Source: an uncultured Acidimicrobiales bacterium (GTDB lineage: Bacteria > Actinomycetota > Acidimicrobiia > Acidimicrobiales > VFJN01). From it: 64,000 bases of DNA. The notes under the pieces were generated by a model. It ran no database searches, was not told where the DNA came from, and worked only from the letters and a program-made list of their open reading frames with translations. Position 1 is the stretch's first letter. Each line of letters starts with the position of its first letter. The stretch spans positions 214,715 to 278,714 of the forward strand of contig CAWHNU010000005.1 of assembly GCA_963830865.1 (NCBI GenBank). Direction: 5' to 3'. The translations under genes and the position numbers were made by a program. Of this stretch, positions 6,504 to 16,174 are shown in pieces.

Positions 6504-9092
6504 ATGACGCCGCATCACGCCCCGACGCGGGTGGACGCGGCCCCCGAACCCGCGTCGCCGGACGCGCTGGAGGCGGCGGCCACACCGCGCCCCGACGCGG
6601 GTGACGCGGCCCCCGAACCCGCGTCGCCGGACGCGCCCGACGCAGCGCCCACAACCGCACCGGACGCACCCGAGGCGGCCACACCGCGCCCCGACGCGGG
6701 TGACGGGGCGCCCGAGCCCGCGTCGCCGGGCGCGCCTGACGCGCCGGCCACGCCGACCGCATCGGACGAACCGGCGCCGCCAGCCGTACCGACATCGCCT
6801 CGCTCCTTCCCGGCGCCCAAGGCCACCCCCGCGCCTCGGCCGGCGGCCGAGGCAGCGGCAGAGGAGACGCCCACACCGACCGCACCGGACGCACCGCCAT
6901 CGCCCGCATCGCCGGCCTCCACACCGCCGACCACCGCACCGGCGCCGCCGGCAGCAGCGCCTGCACCATCGGCGCCCACCCCGCCGGCCCCGCCGGCCCC
7001 AGCTCCGCCACGGCCCGCACCACCCGCACCTCCCGCCGCGCCGCCGACCGCCGCGCCACCCGGCGCCGCTCCGTCCGCGCCGGCCCCGACCGGGCCGCCG
7101 CCATACGGTGCGTCCCGGCGGGACCAGCCGGCGATCTTCGATCTGCCCGGCGCGGAGGATCCCCGCGCCGGCGGGCGCTCCGGCGCCGGCGGTGGGGGCG
7201 GCAGCGGTGACGGTGGTGCTGCGCCGCCCGTGTTGGGCGGCTCCGCGGCCGCGGAGGGGCGGACCACCGGGTCGACGCCTCGGATCGGGCCCGCCACCGG
7301 CGGGCACCGCGGTACCTCCGGGGCCGGCGACGCCTCCGCGTCCGGCCACGTCGACGGGGGGATCGGCGACGACGACGGGGGCCGGCACTTCGGCGCCGGC
7401 AACGGGGCCGTCCGGCGGCTGCCGCCATGGCGGCTCGTGGCGATCGCTGTGCCCGTGGCGGTCGTCGTGCTGCTGCTCGGGGCCTGGGCCGTCGACACCG
7501 CCGCCCTCTCCGGCCAGGTCGTGCGCAACGTCGAGATCGGCGGCACGCCCGTGGGCGGGCTCAGCGAGGAGTCGCTGCCCGGCGTGATGGGCAGGCTGTC
7601 CGAACGGATCGCCGCCCGGCCGGTCACGATCGTGGCGGGCGACAAGCGCTACGAGACCACCGCCGGCGACCTCGGGCTGACCCTCGACGAGGAGGCGACC
7701 GCCACGGCCGCCCTCGACGCGGGGCGCGGCGACGCCCTGGTCAGCCGGCCATTCCGGTGGTTGGCCAGCTTCGTCAGCCCCCGTACCGTCGACCTGCGGT
7801 ACTCGGTCAAGCAGTCACAGCTCGAGGCCAAGATGTTCGAGCTGCAGGGCCCGGACCTGACCGCCGCCCACCCGCCGACGATCCAGCTCGGCGACGGGGC
7901 GTTCGCCGCCGTTCCCGGCGTGCCCGGTCGGGGCGTCGACACCGCGCAGGTCATCGACGAGCTGCCCGCCGCGGCGGAGGAGGCGGCCATGGGCCCCATC
8001 CGGGTCGAGACCGAGATGGTTCCCGTGCTGCCCGACTACACCGACGCCGACGCCCAGGCCCTCGCGGACCGTGCGAACGAGCTCACCGCCAACGGGCTCA
8101 CCCTCACCGCGGGGGACGCCTCCGCCCAGGTCGACCCCGCCACCCTGCGGTCGTGGCTCGGGCCGATCACCGCCAACGGCTCGCTCGACCTCGCCATCAA
8201 CGCCGACGCGGCGAACGCCGCCATGGGAGGCCTGTTCGCGGACATGTCGTCCCAGGCCCAAGACGCCCGCTTCGAGCTACAGAACGGCACGCCGGTCGTG
8301 GTCCCCTCCAGCCCGGGCATCACCTGCTGTGGCGCCGACAGCGCCGACCGGGTCTGGCAGGCGCTGACCGGGGGCCAGGGCCAGGCCGACCTCGAGGTCC
8401 AGGTGGCCCAGCCCGCGCTCACCACCGAGCAGGCCCAGGCCCTCGGCGTCCGCGAGCCCGTCGGTGGCAACAACGCCTGGCGGGGCGGCGCGCCCACCAC
8501 CGCCGGTCCGGGGTTCACCACTTACTACGACCCCGGCCAGCCGCGGGTCACCAACATCCACCGCATCGCCGACCTGGTCCGGGGCACGCTGGTGCTGCCC
8601 GGCGACACGTTCTCGGTCAACAACACCGTCGGCCGGCGCACGACCCAGAACGGGTTCGTCGAGGCGGGCGCCATCCGCGAGGGCGAGCACGTCGAGGAGG
8701 TCGGCGGGGGCGTGTCGCAGTTCGCCACCACGATCTTCAACGCCGCCTACTTCGCCGGGCTGGACATCACCACGTACCAGGCCCACTCCGAGTACTTCAC
8801 CCGGTACCCCCGGGGCCGGGAGGCGACGATGGGCTTCCCGGCGCCGGACCTGAAGTTCAGGAACAACACGCCCTACGGGATCCTGATCTGGACGTCCTAC
8901 ACCGACACCAGCGTCACCGTGACCATGTACTCGACGCCGTACATCACGGCCGAGCAGTCGGGCATCACCGAGTCGCCGTCGGGGGCATGCACGGTGGTCC
9001 AGACGACCCGCACCCGCCACTTCCCCGACGGACACACCGCGAACGACACGTTCAAGGCGACCTACCGGCCGGGCGAGGGCCAGACCTGCTGA
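6504..9092 (+). CDS. membrane-anchored VanW-domain protein with a long Pro/Ala-rich N-terminus
   Basis: Track ORF of 862 aa. One TM segment (WRLVAIAVPVAVVVLLLGAWAV). C-terminal VanW core GDTFSVNNTVGRRTTQNGFVEAGAI...GGGVSQFATTIFNAAYFAG. The start codon is uncertain. Confidence 0.8.
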   Translation: MTPHHAPTRVDAAPEPASPDALEAAATPRPDAGDAAPEPASPDAPDAAPTTAPDAPEAATPRPDAGDGAPEPASPGAPDAPATPTASDEPAPPAVPTSPRSFPAPKATPAPRPAAEAAAEETPTPTAPDAPPSPASPASTPPTTAPAPPAAAPAPSAPTPPAPPAPAPPRPAPPAPPAAPPTAAPPGAAPSAPAPTGPPPYGASRRDQPAIFDLPGAEDPRAGGRSGAGGGGGSGDGGAAPPVLGGSAAAEGRTTGSTPRIGPATGGHRGTSGAGDASASGHVDGGIGDDDGGRHFGAGNGAVRRLPPWRLVAIAVPVAVVVLLLGAWAVDTAALSGQVVRNVEIGGTPVGGLSEESLPGVMGRLSERIAARPVTIVAGDKRYETTAGDLGLTLDEEATATAALDAGRGDALVSRPFRWLASFVSPRTVDLRYSVKQSQLEAKMFELQGPDLTAAHPPTIQLGDGAFAAVPGVPGRGVDTAQVIDELPAAAEEAAMGPIRVETEMVPVLPDYTDADAQALADRANELTANGLTLTAGDASAQVDPATLRSWLGPITANGSLDLAINADAANAAMGGLFADMSSQAQDARFELQNGTPVVVPSSPGITCCGADSADRVWQALTGGQGQADLEVQVAQPALTTEQAQALGVREPVGGNNAWRGGAPTTAGPGFTTYYDPGQPRVTNIHRIADLVRGTLVLPGDTFSVNNTVGRRTTQNGFVEAGAIREGEHVEEVGGGVSQFATTIFNAAYFAGLDITTYQAHSEYFTRYPRGREATMGFPAPDLKFRNNTPYGILIWTSYTDTSVTVTMYSTPYITAEQSGITESPSGACTVVQTTRTRHFPDGHTANDTFKATYRPGEGQTC
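6521..6740 (+). repeat. three imperfect direct copies of ccccgacgcgggtg(g)acg(c/g)ggc(c/g)cccga(a/g)cccgcgtcgccgg(a/g)cgcgc, coding PDAGDAAPEPASPDAP
   Basis: Read directly at about 6521, 6591 and 6690. The copies lie inside the VanW N-terminal low-complexity region. Confidence 0.6.
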
Positions 9093-9111
9093 GCCGCGGG
9101 CCGTCGATACC

Positions 9112-10356
9112 ATGACCGGGATGGGTGCCCCGGACGTCGTCGTGGTGGGCGGCGGCCCGGCTGGCTCGGCCGCAGCCGTGACGCTGGCCCGAGCCGGGCG
9201 GGCGGTCACGATCGTCGACCGGGCCCGCTTCCCCCGGGACAAGGTCTGCGGCGACGGCCTGACCACCGGCGCGCTGCGGCTGCTCGACGAGCTGGGGCTC
9301 GACCCCGGCGTGGTCGCGTCGTGGCAGCGGGTCGACGACATCGTGATCCGAGGTCCCGGCGGACGCGAGGTCACGTTCCCGCTGCCCCGGGGCCGGGGCC
9401 AGTACGCCGCCGTCGCCCGGCGGACCGACCTCGACGCCGCCCTGCTCGACCGCGCCCGTGCGGAGGGGGTCACGGTCGTCGAGGGCCATGCCTGCACCGG
9501 CGTCTGCGAGGAGCCGCACGGCGCCGCCGTGACGCTGGCCGGCGGCGGCGAGCTGACCTGCCGGTTCGTCGTGGCGGCCGACGGCATGTGGTCGCCGGTC
9601 CGCAAGCACCTGGGGCTGGCCACGCCCGGCTACCGGGGCGAGGTCCACGCCTTCCGCCAGTACTTCGCGGGCGTCGGTCCGCGGGCCGCCCGCGACCTCT
9701 TCGTGTGGTTCGAGCCCGACCTCCTGCCCGGCTACGCCTGGTCGTTCCCGCTGCCGGGCGGCCGGGCCAACGTCGGCTTCGGCATCGAGCGGGGCGGCAA
9801 GGTCGGCATCCAGGAGATGGCCGACGTCTGGCGCGGCCTCCTCGCCCGCCCCCACGTCCGGGACGTGCTGGGCGAGGGCGCCGAGCCCGAGGCACCCCAC
9901 CGGGCCTGGCCCATCCCGGCCCGCATCGACCGGGCCGTGCTGACCGGACGGCGCACGCTGTTCGTCGGCGACGCGGCCGCCGCCACGGACCCGCTGACCG
10001 GCGAGGGCATCGGCCAGGCGCTGACCACCGGCATCCTCGCCGGCGAGGCGATCATCGGGGCCGGCCCCCGCCCGGAGGCGGTCACCGCCGCCTACGGCGC
10101 GGCGGCCCGGCGGGCGCTGGTCGCCGACCATCGGATGTCGAGCCTGCTCATCCACGCCGTCCGCCACCGCAAGGGCGTGCGGGCGGGCCTGTGGCTGACC
10201 GGGGGCAGCGGGTGGACCCGCCGAAACTTCGCGAGGTGGCTGTTCGAGGACTATCCGCGCGCCCTGGTCGTCACGCCCCGCCGCTGGCGTCGCGGGATGT
10301 TCACCGGCCCGGGCGCATTCGCCGGCCGAGGACAGCAAGGGTTCCCGCCCGTGTAG
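9112..10356 (+). CDS. geranylgeranyl reductase-family FAD-dependent oxidoreductase
   Basis: Track ORF of 414 aa. Carries DVVVVGGGPAGSAAA...RFPRDKVCGDGL and a GDAAAATDPLTGEGI motif. Confidence 0.85.
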   Translation: MTGMGAPDVVVVGGGPAGSAAAVTLARAGRAVTIVDRARFPRDKVCGDGLTTGALRLLDELGLDPGVVASWQRVDDIVIRGPGGREVTFPLPRGRGQYAAVARRTDLDAALLDRARAEGVTVVEGHACTGVCEEPHGAAVTLAGGGELTCRFVVAADGMWSPVRKHLGLATPGYRGEVHAFRQYFAGVGPRAARDLFVWFEPDLLPGYAWSFPLPGGRANVGFGIERGGKVGIQEMADVWRGLLARPHVRDVLGEGAEPEAPHRAWPIPARIDRAVLTGRRTLFVGDAAAATDPLTGEGIGQALTTGILAGEAIIGAGPRPEAVTAAYGAAARRALVADHRMSSLLIHAVRHRKGVRAGLWLTGGSGWTRRNFARWLFEDYPRALVVTPRRWRRGMFTGPGAFAGRGQQGFPPV

Positions 10357-10554
10357 CCGCGGGTTCACCGGGGCGACACGCCGCGGTTACCTGGCCTCCC
10401 TACGGTGGAGGGGGCGGATCAGCGGGCGCTGCTTTTGGCGGGCCACGTGCTGCTTCGCCGGTGGCCGACGTCGGCGGTCAGGCCACCGTCCCAGCATCCG
10501 GCGCGCCTCGCCCCCCGGGGTGCGCCGGTTGCGCGCCCGGGCGAGACTGGCGCG

Positions 10555-11106
10555 GTGGAGCGAGTGTCGGTGGTGGGCTGCTCGGGCGCGGGCAAGACCA
10601 CCCTCGGCCGCCGCCTGGCCGGGATCCTCGACGTGCCGTTCGTCGAGCTGGACGGCCTCGTCCACCAGCCCGGCTGGACCCAGCTGCCCGCAGACGAGTT
10701 CCGCGCCGAGGTCCGACGGAGCTGCGCCGGCGACCGTTGGGTGGTCGACGGCAACTACCACTCGATGGTGCAGGACCTGGTGTGGGACCGAGCCGACACC
10801 GTCGTCTGGCTCGACCTGCCCCGCTGGTTGGTCATGGGCCGGGTGGTCTCCCGCACGCTCCGCCGGGTCGTGACCCGGCAGGAGCTGTGGAACGGCAACC
10901 GCGAGCAGCTCCGCGACCTCCTCAGCCGCGACCCCGAGCGGTCGATCGTGCTCTGGACCCTGACCCGCCACCGGAAGTACCACGAGCGCTACGCCGCGGC
11001 CGCAGCCGATCCCGACCTCGCCCACCTGCGGTTCGTGCGCCTGGGCTCGACGGCCGACGTCCGGCGCTTCCTGGCGACCGTCACCGCCGCCGCCCGACCC
11101 ACTTGA
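10555..11106 (+). CDS. P-loop NTPase, adenylate-kinase / topology-modulation (FlaR)-like
   Basis: GTG at 10555 inside track ORF 10405..11106. Walker A is VVGCSGAGKTTLGRRLA. Confidence 0.7.
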   Translation: MERVSVVGCSGAGKTTLGRRLAGILDVPFVELDGLVHQPGWTQLPADEFRAEVRRSCAGDRWVVDGNYHSMVQDLVWDRADTVVWLDLPRWLVMGRVVSRTLRRVVTRQELWNGNREQLRDLLSRDPERSIVLWTLTRHRKYHERYAAAAADPDLAHLRFVRLGSTADVRRFLATVTAAARPT

Positions 11107-11138
11107 CCCGCCGGTCAAGCGGCGGTCAGCATCGTCCC

Positions 11139-12104
11139 ATGATCCGGACCCGCCTGACCGACGCCCTGCAGATCGAGCATCCCGTGATGCTGGCCGGCAT
11201 GGGGGGCGTGTCCTACCACCGGCTGGCCGCGGCCGTGAGCGCGGCCGGCGGCTTCGGGTGCCTGGGCGCCTCGACCATGGGCGACGACCAGATGCGCGAC
11301 GAGATCGCCGCCGTGCGGGCCGCCACGGACCGGCCCTTCGGGGTCGACCTGCTGACCGCGCTGCCGCGGGGCCTGGACGCCAAGGTCGACGACATCGTCC
11401 GGGGCGGCGCCAGCGCCTTCGTGGCCGGGCTCGGCGTGCCCCGCGACGTGGTCGACCAGTGCCACGACGCCGGCCTGGTCGTGGTCAACATGTGCGGCAA
11501 GGTCCGCCACGCGGTGGCCGCGGTCGAGGCCGGCTGCGACATCGTCGTCGCCCAGGGCACCGAGGCCGGCGGCCACACCGGCCGGGTGGCGACGATGGCC
11601 CTGGTCCCCCAGGTGGTCGACGCCGTCGGCGAGCGGGTGCCGGTGGTCGCGGCCGGCGGCATCGTCGACGGCCGGGGCCTCGCGGCGGCGCTGGCGCTCG
11701 GCGCCGACGGCGTGTGGGTCGGCACCCGCTTCATCGCCACGCCCGAAGCCCGCAGCGTCGACGGCTACAAGGACGTCCTGCTCCGCAGCCACGAGGACGA
11801 CACGGTTGTGACCAAGGCATACACGGGCAAGACCTGCCGGGTCGTCGCCAACCGCTACACCCAGGAGTACGAGGGCGGCGGGCGCGAGGTCCAGGCGTTC
11901 CCGGCGCAGGTCTTCGCCTCCATCCAGGACGGGGCCAACCACCTCGGCGGCGACGAGCACACGACCGGCGTCGATCCCGAGCGCGAGTTCTTCCCCGCCG
12001 GCCAGGGCGTCGGCGCCATCGACAGCCTGGTCCCGGCGGCCGACATCGTGCACGCCATGGTCGACGAGGCCGAGGCCGTCCTGGCCAAGCTGCGCGCCGG
12101 CTAG
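11139..12104 (+). CDS. nitronate monooxygenase (NMO, 2-nitropropane dioxygenase-like)
   Basis: ATG at 11139 in the tail of track ORF 9321..12104. Carries MIRTRLTDALQIEHPVMLAGMGGVS and VVAQGTEAGGHTG. Confidence 0.9.
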   Translation: MIRTRLTDALQIEHPVMLAGMGGVSYHRLAAAVSAAGGFGCLGASTMGDDQMRDEIAAVRAATDRPFGVDLLTALPRGLDAKVDDIVRGGASAFVAGLGVPRDVVDQCHDAGLVVVNMCGKVRHAVAAVEAGCDIVVAQGTEAGGHTGRVATMALVPQVVDAVGERVPVVAAGGIVDGRGLAAALALGADGVWVGTRFIATPEARSVDGYKDVLLRSHEDDTVVTKAYTGKTCRVVANRYTQEYEGGGREVQAFPAQVFASIQDGANHLGGDEHTTGVDPEREFFPAGQGVGAIDSLVPAADIVHAMVDEAEAVLAKLRAG

Positions 12105-12113
12105 ACCGGGCCC

Positions 12114-12893
12114 GTGGACTGGCCGGCCCTCCGCTCCGGGCGCGTGCTGCTGGAGGACGAGGCCGTCCTGGTCCTGGACAAGCCGGCCGGCGTCTCGGTG
12201 ACCGGCGAGCGCCACGAGACCGACGTCGTCCGGCTGGCGGCCGACGCCGGCGAGGTGCTGCTGCCCGCCCACCGCATCGACAAGGTCACCTCCGGCGTCG
12301 TGCTGTTCGCCCGCTCGATCGAGGTGCACAGCGGCCTCACCCGGCAGTTCACCAAGCGGACGGTCGACAAGGACTACCTGGTCGTCGCCCGGTCCGCCGG
12401 CCTGCCGGAGCGGGGCACGATCGACCTGCCCCTCGGCGTCGGCCGCAAGGGCCGGATCCGGGTGGCCGCACCGCGTGAGGCGATCGCCCTCGACCCGGCG
12501 ACCAACCGGTGGTCGGTCCCCGAGCGGGCCGTGCGCACCGACCGCCGCGCCTACCCGTCGGTCACGACGTTCGTGCGCCTGTGGGAGCACGGCGACCACT
12601 CCGTCCTGCTGGTCCGGCCCCTCACGGGCCGGCGCCACCAGATCAGGGTCCACCTGGCCTGGATCGGGCACGCCATCGCCGGCGACCCGCTGTTCGAGCG
12701 CGACCCCGCCGGCCGGACCTGCCTGCACGCGTGGCGTCTGGCGTTCGACGCCTCGTGGTCGGACGGCCGCCGGATCGCAGTGGAGGCCCCGCCGGGCGCC
12801 GACCTCTGGTCGCCACTGGACCGGACCGGCGCCGACCCGGACGCGCTCCTCGCACGGGCGCGGGCGGCGGTGCGACGGTCAGGCGGCGGATAG
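12114..12893 (+). CDS. RluA-family pseudouridine synthase
   Basis: Track ORF of 259 aa. Carries VLDKPAGVSV and the catalytic HRIDKVTSGVVLFAR. Confidence 0.85.
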   Translation: MDWPALRSGRVLLEDEAVLVLDKPAGVSVTGERHETDVVRLAADAGEVLLPAHRIDKVTSGVVLFARSIEVHSGLTRQFTKRTVDKDYLVVARSAGLPERGTIDLPLGVGRKGRIRVAAPREAIALDPATNRWSVPERAVRTDRRAYPSVTTFVRLWEHGDHSVLLVRPLTGRRHQIRVHLAWIGHAIAGDPLFERDPAGRTCLHAWRLAFDASWSDGRRIAVEAPPGADLWSPLDRTGADPDALLARARAAVRRSGGG

Positions 12894-13268
12894 CCGGTCG
12901 CGGGCCCGCTTGGACCGCTCGAGCAGCATGGCGGGCACGGTCACGCCGTTGACCACCCTCTCGGCGCCGCCGCCCCCGCCGCCGGCGGAAGCGTCCTCGA
13001 CCGCGGCGACCGCGACCGCCGCGCCGGCGAGGGCCGCCTGCTCCCGCCGATCGAGCGCCGCGGTGTAGTCGCGGGGCCGGGCGAGCGTCGTGCCGTCGAG
13101 CGACCCGACGTCGATCCCGTTCTCGAACAGCACGCGGTAACGGGTCCAGGCGAAGCCGTCGACCAGGTACACGCGGCCTGCGGTGCCCGGGGGCACGCCG
13201 GGCAGCGGATCGAGGGTCTTCACGGTCTCGCCCCGCCGGAACTCGTCGGGGCCCAGGCGCTTCGCCAT
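12879..13268 (-). CDS. hypothetical protein
   Basis: Track ORF of 129 aa with consistently high GC3 in this frame. I recognise no family. It overlaps the rluA-like 3' end convergently by 15 nt. Confidence 0.5.
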   Translation of the reverse strand: MAKRLGPDEFRRGETVKTLDPLPGVPPGTAGRVYLVDGFAWTRYRVLFENGIDVGSLDGTTLARPRDYTAALDRREQAALAGAAVAVAAVEDASAGGGGGGAERVVNGVTVPAMLLERSKRARDRLSAA

Positions 13269-13305
13269 GCGGTGATCCTGCCAAATCCGCGCCGGGGCGC
13301 GCGAA

Positions 13306-14433
13306 TCACCCCGCCGGCTCGGGGTCGTGCGGCAGCCCCAGCACGCGTTCGCCGATGATGTTGCGCTGGACCTCGCCCGTCCCGCCGCCGATGGTCAGCG
13401 CCGGGGCGAACAGGAACCCGTGGTGCCACAGGTCCGCCGGGGCCCCGAGCGGACCCTCGTCGGTGAGCAGGGCGCCCGCCCCGGCCAGGTCCTTGGCCAG
13501 GCCGAACACGTGCTGGCCGTGCTCGTCGGCCAGCACCTTGCGGACCGACGCCTCGGGCCCGGGCGCCGCCCCCCGCACCGCGGCCGAGATCGTCCGCAGC
13601 CGGATGAGCCGCAGCACCTCGCTCTCGATGTGCAGCTGGGCCACCCGCTGGCGCAGCACCGGGTCGGCCACGCCTCCCCGCTCGCGCACCAGGTCGACCA
13701 GGTCGGCGCCGGTCGGGCCCTGGCCCCACAGCGCGCCGCCCGACGACAGCGACACCCGCTCGTTGCCCAGCGTGACCTTGGCGAGGCCCCAGCCCTCGCC
13801 CGCCTCCCCCACCAGGCAGTCGGCCGGCAGGCGCACCTCGTCGAGGAACACCTCGTTGAAGGTGTGGGCCCCGGTCATCTCGACGATCGGGCGGATCGTG
13901 ATGCCCGGCCGGTCCATCGGGCACACGAAGTACGAGATGCCCCGTTGCTTGGACGCGGCCGGGTCGGTGCGGGCGATGAGGATGCCGTAGCGGGCGAACT
14001 GGGCCAGCGACGTCCAGATCTTCTGGCCGGTGACCACCCACTCGTCGCCGTCGCGCTCGGCCCGGGTGCGCAGCGAGGCGAGGTCGGAGCCGGCGCCGGG
14101 CTCGGAGAACAGCTGACACCACATCTCCTCGCCGGACAGCAGGCCGGGCAGGTAGCGGCGCTTCTGCTCGTCGGTGCCCGCCGCCAGCAGCGTCGGGCCG
14201 GCCCAGCCGATGCCGATCGGGTTGACGGGCCGGCGCACCCCGGCGCGGCGCAGCTCGTCGTCGACCACCAGCTGGTGGACCGGGTCGGCGTCGAGGCCCC
14301 AGGGCGCCGGCCAGTGGGGCACGACGAGCCCGGCCTCCGCCAGGTCCCGTCCCGACGGCGCCGGGTGCGCGGCCAGCCAGTCGCGCACGGCGGCGCGGCG
14401 GGGGTCGTCGTCGGGCGGCAGCTCGAAGTCCAC
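13306..14433 (-). CDS. acyl-CoA dehydrogenase
   Basis: Track ORF of 375 aa. Carries WCQLFSEPGAGSDLASLRTRA...WVVTGQKIWTS and GGGTGEVQRNIIGERVLGLP. Confidence 0.9.
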   Translation of the reverse strand: MDFELPPDDDPRRAAVRDWLAAHPAPSGRDLAEAGLVVPHWPAPWGLDADPVHQLVVDDELRRAGVRRPVNPIGIGWAGPTLLAAGTDEQKRRYLPGLLSGEEMWCQLFSEPGAGSDLASLRTRAERDGDEWVVTGQKIWTSLAQFARYGILIARTDPAASKQRGISYFVCPMDRPGITIRPIVEMTGAHTFNEVFLDEVRLPADCLVGEAGEGWGLAKVTLGNERVSLSSGGALWGQGPTGADLVDLVRERGGVADPVLRQRVAQLHIESEVLRLIRLRTISAAVRGAAPGPEASVRKVLADEHGQHVFGLAKDLAGAGALLTDEGPLGAPADLWHHGFLFAPALTIGGGTGEVQRNIIGERVLGLPHDPEPAG

Positions 14434-14530
14434 GTCCGCAACCTAGACGCGGGCCTGATCGGGCCCTTGTCGCCGTCCGGGGATCAACCGCTACCCTCCG
14501 TCCTCGGACCAGCGACAGAGGAGCACCCCC

Positions 14531-16144
14531 ATGCCGGGCTGGAACTTCGCCGACGTCTGGGAGGTCATCGCCTCCCGCCTGCCCGACGCCCAGGCGCTCG
14601 TCCATGGCGACCGGCACATCAGCTGGGCCGACTTCGACCGCCGCGCCAACGGCGTGGCCGCCGCGCTCCTCGCCGGCGGGCTCGCCGACCAGGACAAGGT
14701 GGCCCAGTACCTCTACAACGGGCCCGAGTACATCGAGTCGATGTTCGCCACGTTCAAGGCGGGCCTCGTCCCGATCAACACCAACTACCGCTACCAGGAC
14801 GACGAGCTGGTCTACCTGTGGGACAACGCCGACTGCGCGGCGGTCGTGTTCCACGGCTCGTTCACCGCCACCATCGAGCGCATCCGCGACCGGGTCCCCG
14901 GCGTGACGCTCTGGCTGTGGGTCGACGACGACAGCGGGCCGTGCCCCGAGTGGGCCACGTCCTACGAGGACGCGGCCGCCGCCGGCGGCGAGCGGGTCGA
15001 GGCGCCGTGGGGCCGCAGCGGCGACCAGATCCTCATGACCTACACGGGCGGCACCACGGGCATGCCCAAGGGCGTGATGTGGCGGCAGGACGACCTGTTC
15101 CGCAACCTCGTCACCCAGTTGAACCCGGTCCTCGGCGGCGCGGAGCCCGGCCCCGAGGTCGTCCGCCAGCAGATCACGGCGCCGGGGCCGGTGGGCATGG
15201 CGGCCTGCCCGCTCATGCACGGCACCGGCCTCTACACCCAGCTCATCATCCTGACGGTCGGCGGCAGCAGCGTGACGCTGCTGTCCCGGCGGCTCGACGT
15301 CGAGGAGATGTTCGACACGGTCGAGCGCGAGCGGGTCAACCAGATCTCGATCGTCGGCGACGCCTTCGCCAAGCCGATGGTCCGCACCCTCGACGAGAAC
15401 CCCGGCCGCTGGGACCTCTCCAGCCTGTTCCTGGTCGTGTCGTCGGGCGTCATGTGGAGCGAGCCCGTCAAGCAGGCCCTGCTCAAACACCAGCCGACCA
15501 TGCTGCTGGTCGACGTGTTCTCGTCGTCCGAGGCCGTCGGGATGGGCTCGTCGATCAGCTCGGGCGCCAACGCCAGCGAGACCGCCACGTTCCGGTTGGG
15601 CGAGAACACGATCGTGATCAGCGACGACGGCCTTCGCGTCGAGCCCGGCTCCGGCGTGATCGGGCGGGTGGCGGTCGGCGGCTACCAGCCGATCGGCTAC
15701 TACAAGGACCCCGAGAAGACGGCGGCCACGTTCATCGAGTTCGAGGGCAGGCGCTACTCGTGCCCGGGCGACTACGCGACCGTCGAGGCCGACGGCACGC
15801 TGACCCTGCTCGGGCGGGGATCGGTCGTCATCAACACGGCCGGCGAGAAGGTGTTCCCCGAGGAGGTCGAGGAGGTCCTCAAGACCTACCCCGGCGTGCG
15901 CGACGCGGTCGTGGTCGGCGTCCCCGACGACCGCTTCGGCGAGGCGGTGACCGCGCTCGTCGAGGCGGGGCCCGAGGCGGACATCCCACCCGAGGACCTG
16001 ATCGCGCACGTCCGCGGCAAGCTGGCGTCGTACAAGGCGCCCCGCCACGTGGTCGTGGTCGACACGATCGGGCGGGCCGCGAACGGCAAGGTCGACTACA
16101 AGCGGCTGAAGGCGTTCGCCATCGACACGCAGGGTGCCGGCTGA
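14531..16144 (+). CDS. AMP-dependent acyl-CoA synthetase/ligase
   Basis: Track ORF of 537 aa. Carries the AMP-binding motif MTYTGGTTGMPKGV and C-terminal GKVDYKRLK. Confidence 0.9.
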   Translation: MPGWNFADVWEVIASRLPDAQALVHGDRHISWADFDRRANGVAAALLAGGLADQDKVAQYLYNGPEYIESMFATFKAGLVPINTNYRYQDDELVYLWDNADCAAVVFHGSFTATIERIRDRVPGVTLWLWVDDDSGPCPEWATSYEDAAAAGGERVEAPWGRSGDQILMTYTGGTTGMPKGVMWRQDDLFRNLVTQLNPVLGGAEPGPEVVRQQITAPGPVGMAACPLMHGTGLYTQLIILTVGGSSVTLLSRRLDVEEMFDTVERERVNQISIVGDAFAKPMVRTLDENPGRWDLSSLFLVVSSGVMWSEPVKQALLKHQPTMLLVDVFSSSEAVGMGSSISSGANASETATFRLGENTIVISDDGLRVEPGSGVIGRVAVGGYQPIGYYKDPEKTAATFIEFEGRRYSCPGDYATVEADGTLTLLGRGSVVINTAGEKVFPEEVEEVLKTYPGVRDAVVVGVPDDRFGEAVTALVEAGPEADIPPEDLIAHVRGKLASYKAPRHVVVVDTIGRAANGKVDYKRLKAFAIDTQGAG

Positions 16145-16174
16145 CCGCACCGCACCCCGCGGGGTGGACGTGAA

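Noticed and set aside
6521-6740. GC-rich direct repeats (also at 60150-60340 and 42651-42695) as a CRISPR array or mobile-element termini.
   Set aside because: The repeats are in frame within coding low-complexity regions. There are no unique spacers of regular length, no cas genes and no transposase genes.
6069-7645. Three overlapping long minus-strand ORFs (439, 349 and 376 aa) over the VanW 5' region.
   Set aside because: They are the antisense of the Pro/Ala-rich repeat region. They consist of Arg/Gly/Cys repeats with no motifs, so they are artefacts of the repeats.
10357-10554. Larger intergenic gaps (10357-10554, 6351-6503, 46570-46708, 58645-58741) as candidate tRNA or sRNA genes.
   Set aside because: I could not fold a cloverleaf or find conserved tRNA boxes by eye. 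The gaps are GC-rich leader or divergent promoter regions. A covariance-model scan would be needed to exclude sRNAs.
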